The position numbers and the translations under genes were made by a program. Below the pieces are notes generated by a model that saw only the letters and a list, made by a program, of their open reading frames with translations, searched no databases and had not been told where the DNA came from. 64,000 nucleotides of DNA, from positions 1,751,591 to 1,815,590 of the forward strand of contig LN717261.1 of assembly GCA_001244265.2 (NCBI GenBank). The letters are read 5' to 3'. This stretch comes from Microbotryum violaceum (taxonomy: Eukaryota). Positions within the stretch are counted from its first letter, which is position 1. Every line of letters starts with the position of its first letter. This document shows positions 1 to 12,200 of the stretch, piece after piece.

Positions 1-1517
1 AACGCGACCGGTCGTACGAGTCAAAGAAAGTGGACCTCGCTGAAGCGCTGGGCCGCTCGAAGATATTACTCGGAGCTCAAGATGGCCGCGAAACTCGGCA
101 TATCCCATGCAAGGCTCGTTCAGGCCGTCAAAAAGTTCGACAGGCTCGCTTCGAAGGGCAATGCGTGGTCCAGACTTCTCGGACCCTGTAATCAAGGTTT
201 TACACTAGCGAGCAAGCAAGGGTGAGTGGTCCTCCGGGCGCTTCCGGTCATGCCCACTCCACTCTCCTACGCTCTCGCTTATGCTTACCGCTGCGTCTGC
301 AATGTCTGTTCTTCATACCCTGGGTGTGTCAAACGTGCTCAGAATCGGATCAGTCGAAATCGCAATCCATCACCAAACTTGCCGCTCACCTCTGGAACTT
401 CCTGAGAGACCAGGGGGACCTCGCATCTGCCCAACTTGGCGAGGACGATGAAGAGCTTGTTCGCGCGGCTTTTGCAGCGGCAGAGGCCGGAGGTAATACG
501 ACTTTCACTTCGATAGTACCACCCACCATCATCACACGGTCGTCATCCGACATTCCTTCCCCAACTCGGATGGAGCAATGCAAAAAGTACATTGCAGAGT
601 TGCGAGACCTGGCGCAACGCATGTCCAAGCTGTACGGAGTGGAAACCCTGGCCTTTATTGTCCCTCGTTATCAAGACGACGTGTCGCCAGCGACGAAGGC
701 GACCGTGCATTCGATAGGTGGGCTCAGATTTGCAGCTCACTGCAACGACTTCAAGGATCCATCCGGCAATTCCTTGTTGTCTAATTTTGCTTCCAAGATG
801 AGCTGGGATGAGACACCCAAGGCCAATGAAGCGGCAGATCTGAAAGAGGGTGAGCCTTTCATCGCAATTTATACGCGCATGAGACCAAGTTACCGTTACC
901 AATTATGTGACATATGTTTTCGTCTCATCTATCAGCAAGAACTCGCTCGATGGACCATGCTACTCGTGGCGTTCTTGGCAAATGACACGGCACTCTGTTC
1001 CGCGCCCAACTCAGTAAGTAGTCTGCATCTGATCGGGCTCGACTCCGTGCTAATCATTTCCGTCTTTACAGACTCTGCCCTCGAGACTATACATCGCCGT
1101 TCCGACACGGGATCATCGACAGGCGCTTTCACACCTCAGAAGAAGATGATATGGTCTACCCAGGGCTTGAAGGCACTGGGTGTCAAATTGCGGATCAAGC
1201 CCGGAACGAAGAGTAGATACGAAATGGCTCTGCATCATAGTGCAGAGACATCGCCCAAGCGAACCGTTGCTCAGCTCAAGGCTATCATTGACGACCTCCG
1301 TCACGGCCGCCTCGCTATCGTACCCTCGGCGGACCCGAACGACAACACGGAGGCAGAGGCAAGCGACGATGACTTGAATGGCGGAGAAGGAACCCTGAGC
1401 CCAAGATTTGGTGGAGCCGGGGACGAAGGCGGAGAGGTACGCGGCGGAGAAAAAAGCGGAGAAGAAGATAGAGAAAAAAATAGCGGGGGGGGGGTGGCGG
1501 AGGAGACCGGAGGATGA
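1..1517 (+). CDS. Hypothetical multi-exon protein, 5' end outside the window; probable KDZ companion gene
   Basis: Long open frame 222..1517 with GT-AG intron-like segments and an acidic tail. The C-terminal motif QLKAIIDDLRHGRLAI resembles DLNRIIPLLRAGELSF in the gene inside KDZ element 2. Confidence 0.5.
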
Positions 1518-3577
1518 ATGAAGCAAAACATCGTCGATGGATTGAGACCGTTCTTATGTCTTTCTTTGGGCATACTATGATCTGAGTCGGTCTGCAAGAT
1601 GACCGATATTTGTTATGTCTCTGTGGTTTGTGACGCGTCTTTCAGTGTAGATCCTTGAGTTTAGTTTCAGATGATTGTCATGCACGCATACAGCGTCTCA
1701 GCTGCCATCTTGATTGTGGCAATTAATCTTAACAGTAAATCAATACCATCAGAACGCTCATTCTGTCAGGCTCCGCCAAGATCACTGGGCATACTCGAAA
1801 CCCCCCCCCAGCGGACCGTTTCCTACGTCAAGGCCCGGGGGCCCCTGTGTGCTCCGGGCGCCGGCATCCCGTTCATCTACGGCCCCCCTTCCAGAGATTA
1901 CGCTGGAGTCTTTCTTCACAACCAATCGTTCCGCACCTTTGTCCTACAAGGACTCGGGGCGCACCGCATGGGCCGCAGCACAACGGTGTGGCGCTCGCAT
2001 CCAGGCAAGGCGACATCTCTGCGCATCTATTTACCTTTGGGTCAACGAAATTAGAATAGCTCTCGGCCGACGCATCTCCTCTTTCTTCTTCTTCTTCTTC
2101 TGAACTTGTGATGTACAACCAAATGGCCATACACCTTTTCCAACTTCGACCTCATCGCCGTTTCTTGCGCCTCCCGTTTCAAACACACTTGCGAACCGAT
2201 CCCTCCTAATCATTATCATATCCATGTATCCATGCGTCGTCCGAAGGCACCGTATCATTGACCGGGTCTCGTTGCACAAGTCTGTTTGACCTTTTGGCCT
2301 ACCGTTGTCTTCTTCCCTTAGATACAATCTGACTTCACCTTCAGGTCGAACCGGTTGCCACTGCATAACCCTTAACTGCCTGCGCGCCGCAAAACCGGAC
2401 GGTGGACAACTGTGAGGGCATTCGGTGGGACTGCAATACAGGGGTCAGACGACAGCTCGACCTCTCCTTTCATGTCCCATCCTGAATTCACCCATCGTCG
2501 CAACGATAAGACCCAACTGAAGACCAAGAAGATGACCATCACAATGATGACAAGACGGTATGTCCCGTCGAAAAGAACTTTGAAAACACCCTCCTGGTTT
2601 GGGTACTTTCAGTCTGACTCCAACACGACGTGTTGTCCACCTTGGGTTTGAACCCTGATTGGTGTCACAAAAGACTATATGACCTGCCATCGCCGAAAAC
2701 CACGGCAGGGCAGTCGGTCGGTCGATATTAGAAGGAGGCCTAGGCCACAACAGCGTGCAGAACTCTCAAGCCGCCTAATGCGATGAGAAAACGTAGAGCA
2801 ACGACAGAGCAAGGGGTGTATCAAGGTGAGTCTGACTCGCTCGTGGCTTTGTTCAGTCAAATACAGCACAATACTTTGGGTATGGGTGACTATGACTTGC
2901 TGCAGTTCGACTGTTGAAACGCAAGTGCCCGTGATGACGTACTTCGCATCGAGATTACAGTGAGCGTGTGAACTACGCAGGAAGGAATTGCGACAAAGCA
3001 GTACGCTGGCTATAAGCAACTTAGCAAAGAGCTCATTAAAGTGCCACCAATGTATAACTCATTACATCATACAGAAAAAGACTGTTAGGGGTGATCAACT
3101 TCTGGTCCTTGCGTTTGAAAAGTCATCAACCAAGTGCCGAGGCAAACACTCTACGGAGCTGGGCGAGTGTGAACCTCGGAGTGGCCGTGGCAACACCACA
3201 GAAGACCTTTGTACGACGTTGGGACTGTGAGCTGGATCAGGACTTCGTTCAAGTATACATCAAAATGTAGTCGGCAGTGTTGGAATATAATAAGTACTTT
3301 TGCAATCCCTGCTGACTGTTTGGGAAGTGTCACCCAAGGCACGACACGGACTGCGCATGTGACTGACTGGCAGGGAGCGCGGTCTACATGTAGGAGATCT
3401 CAGCGCAGTCAGCACAGAAGATGCAATGAACGCTTGTGTTCACTCCCTCAGTGTAGCGCGCTCTTCCTCTAAATCTTACCGGTCGTGTTGGGCTCCGGCT
3501 GCCAGCTTTACTTGAGCGACATTAGGCGAGCCACCGTAAGATCGAGCGATTTAGCGATGCCGGGTCTTGGATGTCTG

Positions 3578-4051
3578 TATGATGTTAAGCAACGCACAGA
3601 CCTGCTCAAGCAGTGGTAAGTCTCTGATCGACGGACCAAAGGAGACCAGACCAAGAAGTTGCTTGACACACCTGCTCAAGCAGTGGTAAGTCTCTGATCG
3701 ACGGACCAAAGGAGACCAGACCAAGAAGTTGCTTGACACACCTATCCAACAACTACAGGTAAGCTATCACGACTAGTGGTATTGGAGTTGGTAGTGATGT
3801 GTAGTACTCACCTGCTCAAGCAGTGGTAAGTCTCTGATCGACGGACCAAAGGAGACCAGACCAAGAAGTTGCTTGAGCAGGAGAGAGAGAGGCGCGCAGG
3901 ACCAGCTAGTTGGGGGCAAGTGCGCGCGTCTGGCCAGAAGACGGAAGATAGACGGCAAAGGCCGGGTCTAAAGGAGAATAAAGGTAGAGACACAGGGGCC
4001 ATGATGCTAGAAGGAAATAGGAGAGAATTAAAGTACTTTGAGAATCTCACA
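3578..4051 (-). repeat. 3' LTR of copia copy 1, with three ~70-bp internal repeat units
   Basis: Looks identical to 8652..9125. Units start at 3601, 3671 and 3811. Confidence 0.95.
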
Positions 4052-4069
4052 CCCCCCCGACTTCGAGCA

Positions 4070-7000
4070 TCAGGGAGAGCAGATGCCAAGGCGGCCACGG
4101 TGACGCGCAAAGAGGTCGCGGGCTAGAGCCTTAGTGAAAATGTCGGCGGTCATGTCGGCCGTGTTGATGTACTGGACAGCGACATCACCAAGGGCGACCA
4201 TGTTGCGGACGAAGTGCTCGCGAAGCCGGATGTGGCGGGTGCGGGCATGGAAAACCGGGTTCCGAGTGAGAGCGTTGGCGCCTTGGTTGTCGCCAAGCAC
4301 GAGAGTCGGAGCAGAAGAGGGGAGACCCAACTCACCAAAGAGTTGACGCAGGAAAACGGCGTCCTTGCCGGCATGCGAGAGGGCCAGGTATTCGGCGTCG
4401 CAAGTGGAGTCGGCCACGCGAGACTGGAGGCGCGAGGACCACGAGATGGCGCCACCAGCATAGAGGAAAGCATAGCCCATGGTCGACTTGGAGGAGAGCA
4501 CACAGGCACCCCAGTTGCAATCGGAGTAGCCAATTACGGGAGCAGAGTCGCCGTGGGAATAGCACAGGCCGTGCGAGAGTGTTCCAGCAAGGTAACGGAA
4601 AACGTGTTTGATAGCACCCCAGGCAGCTTCGGATGGGGACCGGGAGAATCGAGCCAAGTAACCGACAGCGTAGGCCAGATCGGGGCGAGTGCCAGTGGAT
4701 GCGTACATGAGCGAGCCAACGGCCTGAAGATAGCGGGTGCGGTCCGCAAATGGGGTAGGGTTGGTCTCAATCTCAAGGTGGAGGTCGGATTTCATCGGGG
4801 TGGCAACCGGGTGGGCGTTCGACATGCCAAAACGAGCGAGGATGTCCTTGAGGTACTGCTCCTGGCTTAGCGTGATCGAGCCATCGGAGGAACGCCGGAT
4901 TTGGATGCCCAGGACATATTCCGCTTCACCAAGACGCTTGACACCGTAACATCGTTCAAGGCCCTGGAGGGTGCGCTCAATTTCGGGTAGGGAGGGACCA
5001 ATCATGAGGAGGTCGTCGACGTAAAGCGCGATGTAGTGGTGGACGTCCCCAACGGTTTTGACGTAGACGCAGTGGTCGGACTCAGTGGCAATATAACCCA
5101 GCCCAAGGAGGGTAGAGTCAATTTCGTCGTTCCAGATGCGACCAGCCTGGCGTAAGCCGTAGAGGGAACGGTGCAATTGTAGAACTTGACCGGGCAGGGC
5201 AATGCCCTCGGGACACGCATGTACAAAGGCTTGTCGAGCTTCCCATGAAGATACGCTTTGTCGATGTCAGCCTGGTGAACGTGGTAGCCTCGGGCAGCAG
5301 ACAGGGCCAGCAGAGCACGAATTGAAGTGAACTTGGCAACGGGCGCAAAGGTCTCGTCGAAATCGATACCGGATTGTTGGGAATCACCGCGGGCGACAAG
5401 GCGGCCTTTGTATGACTTGACCTTCCCGAACTGGTCGCGTTTGGTGCGGAAAACGAAGCGAGAGCCGATGATTTTGGCGTCGGCGGGGACGAGGGATTGG
5501 TCGATGGGCGTGAAAGCGGAGAAATCGCGAGAGAGTGAGTCAAATTCATCACGAGCCGCAAGACGCCACTCATCTGCCTGTGGTGAAGCCATAGCAGCAC
5601 GCCAGTGGGGTGGGTCGCGCGCAGGGGCAACAAGCTCAGCGGGGTCGACGGTAGAAGTGTCCAGAAGGGCGGCGGCGGCGTCCGCAAGGTAGCACACAGG
5701 CGCAGGTGAGTGAAGGGCGTCATCAACATCATCGGAGAACTCCGGGGCAAGGCATAGGGCGGAGAAATCATAGGAGCTGGGCCGGAGTCGAGGAGAGGGA
5801 CAAGGCGTAGAAAAAGCCGAGTCAGGGCTGCCCTGGTCAGGGGCGCCGCCTTGGTCAGAGGCAAAGGGTGCGGGCAATGCCTGGTCAGGGACATTACGAG
5901 CAAGGGCCGGCGAGCCTTGGTCAGAGGCATCAGGTGCCGGGATAAGCTGCTCAGCGCGAGGCACAGGGGAGCGGGGGGGACAGGAAGCAACGGCTGGGGG
6001 GGTCAGCCTGGTCAGGGCGTGACGCAACAACATCTGGGAGAGGGTTGGCCGGAGAGAACAAAGCGGGAGTCGGTGTCGAGGCGGGGAACTCGGATTCACG
6101 GAAAAGGACGTTCCGACTGAGGAGCACCTTGCGAGTAGTCGGATTGAATAGGCGGTAGGCCTTTGAATGGTCGTCGAGACCAACGAAGATGAGCGGTATG
6201 GCCTTAGGGTCGAGGGCAGAGCGGGACGTCGAAGGAAGGCAATGCCAGGCACGGCAGCCGAAGGTGCGAAGGGAGGAAATATCCGGCGCGTAACCATACC
6301 AACGAGCGTCGGGAATGTCGCCATTGATGCCGGCATGGGGTGTCATGTTCTTGCATCGGACAAAGTACATAGCAGCTTCACCCCAGAGTCGCGAGTCGAC
6401 ACCGGCCGAGTAGGCAAGGGCAAGGATGCCCTCCTTGATGGTGCGGTTGGGGCGCTCAACCCGGCCGTTCTGCTGGGGCGTGTAGGGTATTGTGAGTTCC
6501 CGACGAATACCCTTGCTGCAGCAGAAATCGACGAAACTGCGCAGCGTGAATTCACCGCCATTGTCGGAGCGAATGGTCTTTACGCTGTCGCCGGTCGCTC
6601 GCTCAACCTCAAGGATCCAATCACGAAGACGCGGGAAGGTGTCGCTCTTGCGTGCAAGGAGGATACACCAGTGCTTGCGGGTGTGGTCGTCAACAATCAC
6701 AAGCATGTAACGATGGCCGCCGAAGCTAACGTGTGGCATCTGGGCAAGGTCGACATGGATCAGGCCGAGGCGCTGGGAGGCAATCGACGTGGAGCGGGCG
6801 AATGGAAGGGCATGCGCTTTGGAAGCGAGACATGCATTGCAATGGAAGGTCCTACACTCCTCGTCCGAGTAATCCCACGCCACACCAGTAACCATCCCTT
6901 TTTGAACGATTTTCTTGAGAAGGAGGACGGGGAGGTGCGCAAGGCGGTTGTGTAGGGTAAGCAAGGACACGTGGGAGGGCGAAGCGAGCAGAGCGTGGGC

Positions 7001-8336
7001 CTACAAGGTGCAGGAGTGAGGTCCAGAGTGTAGAGGTCATTGGCGATGGCCCGAGCGGTGGCGACGGCGGTACCAGCGGCGTTGCGGATGGTGGCGACGT
7101 TGGAACCGAACGAGACCGTGAAACCGAGGCGGTCGAGGCGTCGAACGGACAACAAGTTGCAAGGCAACGAGGGCACATGAAGAACGTCAGCAACGGCGAT
7201 GCGACCGGAAGTCGTGTCGAGCGCCACGGAGCCGGAACCGGTGGATGGTAGGGAGCCCGCAACACCAGCAACGTGCGGTCCCTTGACGGGCTGCAAGTGC
7301 GTAAAGAGGCGAACGTCGTTGGCCATATGCCGATTGGCGCCGGAGTCCAGGAGCCAGGCCCCCTTGTCGAACGGGGAGGAGGCCGAGAGAAAGCAGGCGG
7401 AGTAGATCGCAGGTGAGAGGTGCTCGTCGGCGACAGATGGCGCGGCAGCGGGAGAGGCAGCGGGCTGGGAAGGCTTGCGGTCGCCGGCGGGCTTGTTACT
7501 GTTCTCGATGGCACGACGCGCGCGGAAGGAGGCTGCCCAAGCGGTGTCGGGGCAGTCCCTGAGCCAATGCATCTTGCGACACTTTGGGTTGGGGCACGGG
7601 GTTCGAGGAGCGCGGGTGTCGCGAGCGGAGGATCGAGCAAGCGCCGCGGTGGGAGCGTCGACTGGACGAGCGCGAATGTCGCGTAGGAGGCGATCGAAAA
7701 TCGCCGAGACAGACGGCAGGGTTGTCGAATCACCCTGGTCGTTGACGAAGGTCGAGCGCCATGACTCGAGCGATGGCGGTAGCCGGGAGAGGAGGTGCGA
7801 GGCGACGAGAGAGTCGACAGTGACCTTCGACGAGGTGAGCAGACGAAGCTGATTCTCGAAACCGTCACGGAACTGGAGGAACGAGTCCGTGGTGGCGGGG
7901 AGCTCCTCGGTGCTGAAGAGCGTGACTACGGCCGGAAGGAGGTCAACAGCCGAGGTGGCGCCGTAACGAGAACGGAGAGCCTGCCAGATCTTCGGCGCGC
8001 CGTCGCTATCGTCGAGGAAGGTCGACAAACCGGGGAGGACCAAGCGAGGGTCGACAGACGAGCAGAGCGAGGAAAGGGCGTAGTGGTCCCATAACGGGAC
8101 GAGCGAGGGGGCCACGAAGTGCATGGCTCACCGCTCTCCAGGTACCGGAGGACACCGGCCGGCAAACGCGAGCGGACGACAAGGAGCCAATCCTGGTAGC
8201 CCGCCGAGTCGCGGAGGAGTTCCGTTGCAGCAAACGAGGCTGGCTGCTGCGGCGGACGAGCGACGATAGGGGCGATAGCGGCTTCAAGGGAGGTGCCGGG
8301 CTGGGGCGTAGCGCCGGGCGCGGACTTGGGAGGCAT
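4070..8336 (-). CDS. Copia gag-pol polyprotein, split by five 1-nt homopolymer frameshifts
   Basis: Zn knuckle CPNPKCRKMHWLRDC, protease WLLDSGA, integrase (IHVD, RSDNGGEF, NGRVERPNRT), RT (YKGRLVARG, LYVDD), RNase H (YSDCNW, ADIFTKAL). Confidence 0.93.
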
Positions 8337-8408
8337 AGCGGGGCGGCGCGAGCGTGCGAAGAAAAAAAACGAAACGGACGCGAAAGCGACCGTGCTGGTA
8401 GATCGTGT

Positions 8409-8420
8409 GGGCTTATAACC
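8409..8420 (-). promoter_or_regulatory. Primer binding site GGTTATAAGCCC (initiator tRNA-Met half-molecule type)
   Basis: Resembles the Ty5/copia GGTTATGAGCCC-type PBS. The same sequence directly abuts the 5' LTR in copy 2 (47967-47978). Confidence 0.75.
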
Positions 8421-8651
8421 TATGAGGAGCAATATACCACTGCACCAAAAGGAGAGGCACCTCTACTTCAGGGAGCGCATATTGTCCTAGAAGTGAGATG
8501 GAGGGAGGTTCAACACCCCCCTGTGCGCGAAGCTGAAGAGCTTGTGGCAGTGGGTGCGGCTTTGGAGGCAAGTGCGGGGTGCGCGCAAAATTGCCTGACC
8601 CCAGGGGGGCTTGAACCCATGAGCAGCTGGTAGCTCGTTGAGCTCATAACC
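8421..8651 (-). mobile_element. TRIM-like module (PBS, 136-bp internal region, PPT, 95-bp TG..TA mini-LTR) inside copia copy 1
   Basis: 231 bp that are absent from copy 2. On the minus strand: GGTTATGAGCT at 8651-8641, GGGGGG at 8521-8516, then TGTTGAA...CTCCTCATA at 8515-8421. Confidence 0.7.
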
Positions 8652-9125
8652 TATGATGTTAAGCAACGCACAGACCTGCTCAAGCAGTGGTAAGTCTCTG
8701 ATCGACGGACCAAAGGAGACCAGACCAAGAAGTTGCTTGACACACCTGCTCAAGCAGTGGTAAGTCTCTGATCGACGGACCAAAGGAGACCAGACCAAGA
8801 AGTTGCTTGACACACCTATCCAACAACTACAGGTAAGCTATCACGACTAGTGGTATTGGAGTTGGTAGTGATGTGTAGTACTCACCTGCTCAAGCAGTGG
8901 TAAGTCTCTGATCGACGGACCAAAGGAGACCAGACCAAGAAGTTGCTTGAGCAGGAGAGAGAGAGGCGCGCAGGACCAGCTAGTTGGGGGCAAGTGCGCG
9001 CGTCTGGCCAGAAGACGGAAGATAGACGGCAAAGGCCGGGTCTAAAGGAGAATAAAGGTAGAGACACAGGGGCCATGATGCTAGAAGGAAATAGGAGAGA
9101 ATTAAAGTACTTTGAGAATCTCACA
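8652..9125 (-). repeat. 5' LTR of copia copy 1
   Basis: Direct repeat of 3578..4051, followed by TSD GTCTG. Confidence 0.95.
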
Positions 9126-9246
9126 GTCTGATCGCTCTTGTTGCACTTCCTGGCGAAGCGTCGTATAACGGGTAGAATTACTAGCGAAATGAACGCATCA
9201 TTGATCTCTTTACTAGTGCAAGTAGCAACTGGGCAAAATACTGCAA

Positions 9247-12200
9247 CTATATATGATCAATATCAAATCCCCCCAAAAAAATCGCCATCGTCTTCATCAA
9301 AGTTCTCGTTGATCTCGTCACTGAAGGCGCCGTAATCGTAGTGTCGACGGAATGATGACTCGGATCATCGCTCGAATGATCACTGATGTCAAGAAGGGTG
9401 TCATAATCCGTGGTGATGTCGTCTGACTCTCCGACCATCCCATCATTGATGCAGTCTGGCCATGTGTGATCCGGCAAGCCACCCGCTGTGGTTCGTTGGA
9501 AAACATCAACGTCGTCGGTGCACCACATTCGAAGCTCGACCCACTCCTCCACTTGCGGTTCGCCGGTTTGCCGGGTGCATTCCCACAGGTGATCTAGGCC
9601 GCCCTTCGAAAACCATCGGCGCGCAATATTTCTAAGACGCTCTTCTTCTTGCTCGAGCATCATCATCGCAGAGTCATCCTGCTCATCTCGTTGGAGTGAT
9701 TGCTGGCGAACTTGCTGAAACCTCTTGCGACGGCTTATCAGCCACCGTCCAATGCGACGCACTTCCCATCCAAGTCGCTTGATTTCTTGCTGGCATCTTG
9801 CGCGAGACAATACTGCTGGAATGCCGACACGAACATCATCATCGTAGGCCCACGGCTCAGTGGGATGACTATATAATCCGTTGTTCCAGAGCGGCGCCAA
9901 GATGTCAAGTTTGAGCAGTTCGTTGAGATCCTCTGGGGCTGACGGCGGTACCCTTCGGGTTCTCAAGATCGAATGGGAATCCTCAGAATTGGCGAGGATG
10001 GCAGCATACTTTTTCACCTCGTCGTTATACATCGCCACTGCCTTCATGAGTCTTGGACGCAAAGTGTTAAGATTCTTGACCAGGAGACCAGCCGCTTTCG
10101 TACCTATGAGCTGGCATTGCTACACATCAGCGTTCCTTCTGCCGGCGCAGAAGACTCGTACCATGGATTTCCTACCGAGGGCTTTACCGCCTAGGCACGG
10201 GAGCCGCAGCTTCTCAGCTCCCTGTCGATATTGTACGACCAAGTCCCACAGCGAGCGAGATGCGATAATCAATGTGCAGGCAAATTCATAGTCCGTGCCA
10301 ATCAAAGGTATTGAAATATTTAAGCGAGGACAACGGGGATCACACCAGAGGGTCAGAATGGAAGAAGGGAGTGACGTACCAGGGTCCAGGACACTGATGT
10401 TTATGTCCGACGTGCGTAAGGAGTTCAGTCGATCATCAAGAACCTGCCGTTGTTTGGCCAGCTGTTGAAGTTGAGTCGACTGTTCTATAAGCTTGTTCGT
10501 ATCTATGGTGTTCACGCAGGCTAGGTCTTCCCTGTAGCAATCGAAAAATGAATACCGAAGTTAGGTTACCGGTTCGTGTCTCACTCCCAAACGACGACGA
10601 TAGCTCAGACCCACCGGCATGCTGCGATGTCTCTGTTAATCAGCTCAAGCTTGAACATGACGTTGCGCATCTCGGCTACCTCTTTGCGCTGCTCTTTCAG
10701 AGGGATCTGCTTGGACGCTGCGCTGCACGTTGTGCGTGTCATTGTTCAAGGAGGGTAGCGACCGTCCATTCGGCGGAGCGATTAACGACCTCAGCAATGA
10801 CTCTGTTGGCTTCGGCCTTGAGCTTGATTGCGTTTTTGAGTCGATAAATAAGTTTGGTCACTGGCATGATCGATACGCCAAAGATCAGCGACATGGTAAG
10901 GTAGTGCATGAAAGACTGGACGCTTAGGCGAACCAAGTTCGGCCAGATGCTGCTTGTTATAAGCAGACGCTCGACGATTGATGTTCTCCAGCCGATGGGA
11001 GGCACTGGATGATCGATTCATGGGTATCATGCCTCGAAGCTGCGACCACAAGCGCTCGGCTCCCTCGGCATCAGTCAAACCAAAACTGGGTAAAAAGCGC
11101 GGATCAAAGTCAACCTGGCAGGACCACTTGTGCGCATAGGCATGCATCGACGAGAGAGCAAATTCTAGACGCGGTAAGTGGTCTGCCAGAAGATTGCGCT
11201 GCGCATACCGGGGAGAGATGAGCTCTTCAGCTACGGATTAAGCCAATGTTCAGGCTGAGTGTCACGAACAAACTCACACGGCGTAAGTGCGACGATAAGT
11301 TGCAGGCGATATCATACGCGACTCCAACGCGACTTCGATCCTGACTCGAACTTTGGTGGGAGCCCGATCCCGAGCTGGATCCGACGTTTGTAGCGTCACT
11401 GGTACGCGCAGGTCCCGTAGTACAATCCGTTTCTCCGACTTCAACTTCTTCGAGAATCCATTTCAACAGCGACACGGGATATACTAACCTGCGGTAGACC
11501 AAACTCGCTTATTAGTGTCCTTGCCTGGAGTCACAGATGGCCGGTCCACACATACTTTTCACCTGATTGATGAAGGTTGCAAAGTCGCAGGCAATGATCA
11601 TGACGGCACACTGCAGCAACGAGGCCTGTGTCGGCTACTACATTTGACGAAGCGGAGGTCACACCACCATCTGCGGCCTTCCAGTTCGCTGTGCATTCGT
11701 CCTATATGATAGAATAGCCCGTTTAGCAATCACAGACAGTCGGGTCAACGTATTATTGGGTTCGGGTGACCCGACACCAGCAGCATCAAGGTACCTGCTC
11801 GCCCGCTTCAGTCGATCCGTCGATCAAAGCTTGCTCGTTTTGAATCTTGTCTGGTGACAGGAATAACGCTGGACGTGACTTGAGAGGATCAGCAGTTGCC
11901 CGCGCGAATCGTCGATGCTGAAAATTGCCGTCGACAGCAATGATGACATCGAGGTCATTCTCGCTCTTGCCGGCTTCATCGATCCGAGGCCCAAAACATG
12001 CCGGACAAACGTCGGCCAGACGCTCGCGCGGGGAGAGGCCGATAAATTCGGCGGTCAAAGTTGCCTGCAGCTGTTGCATAAATCGATATTCATCCATTGC
12101 GGCTTGAAGATGCTGACGCACGGTTGGAGCCTGGGAAGCTTCCAATATTTTCTGTAAGAAACAGTGAATGTTTCCGGCCTGTCCCTGTCCCAGAGCCCAC

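Larger units (their letters stand above)
3578..9125 (-). mobile_element. Ty1/copia LTR retrotransposon, copy 1 (full length)
   Basis: Two 474-bp LTRs, 5-bp TSD GTCTG (3573-3577 and 9126-9130), G7 PPT at 4052-4058, PBS present, domain order gag-PR-IN-RT-RH. Confidence 0.97.

Noticed and set aside
1791..2070. Possible TIR after the first gene
   Set aside because: GC-rich and terminus-like, but no inverted partner or TSD in the window.
3601..3881. CRISPR-like repeat-spacer pattern
   Set aside because: The units are ~70 bp inside eukaryotic LTRs, the single spacer looks like an intron, and there are no cas genes.
5205..8112. Programmed frameshifting or decay in copia copy 1
   Set aside because: All five shifts are single missing G bases in G runs relative to copy 2, and they account exactly for the residual length difference. 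Long-read homopolymer error is the simpler explanation.
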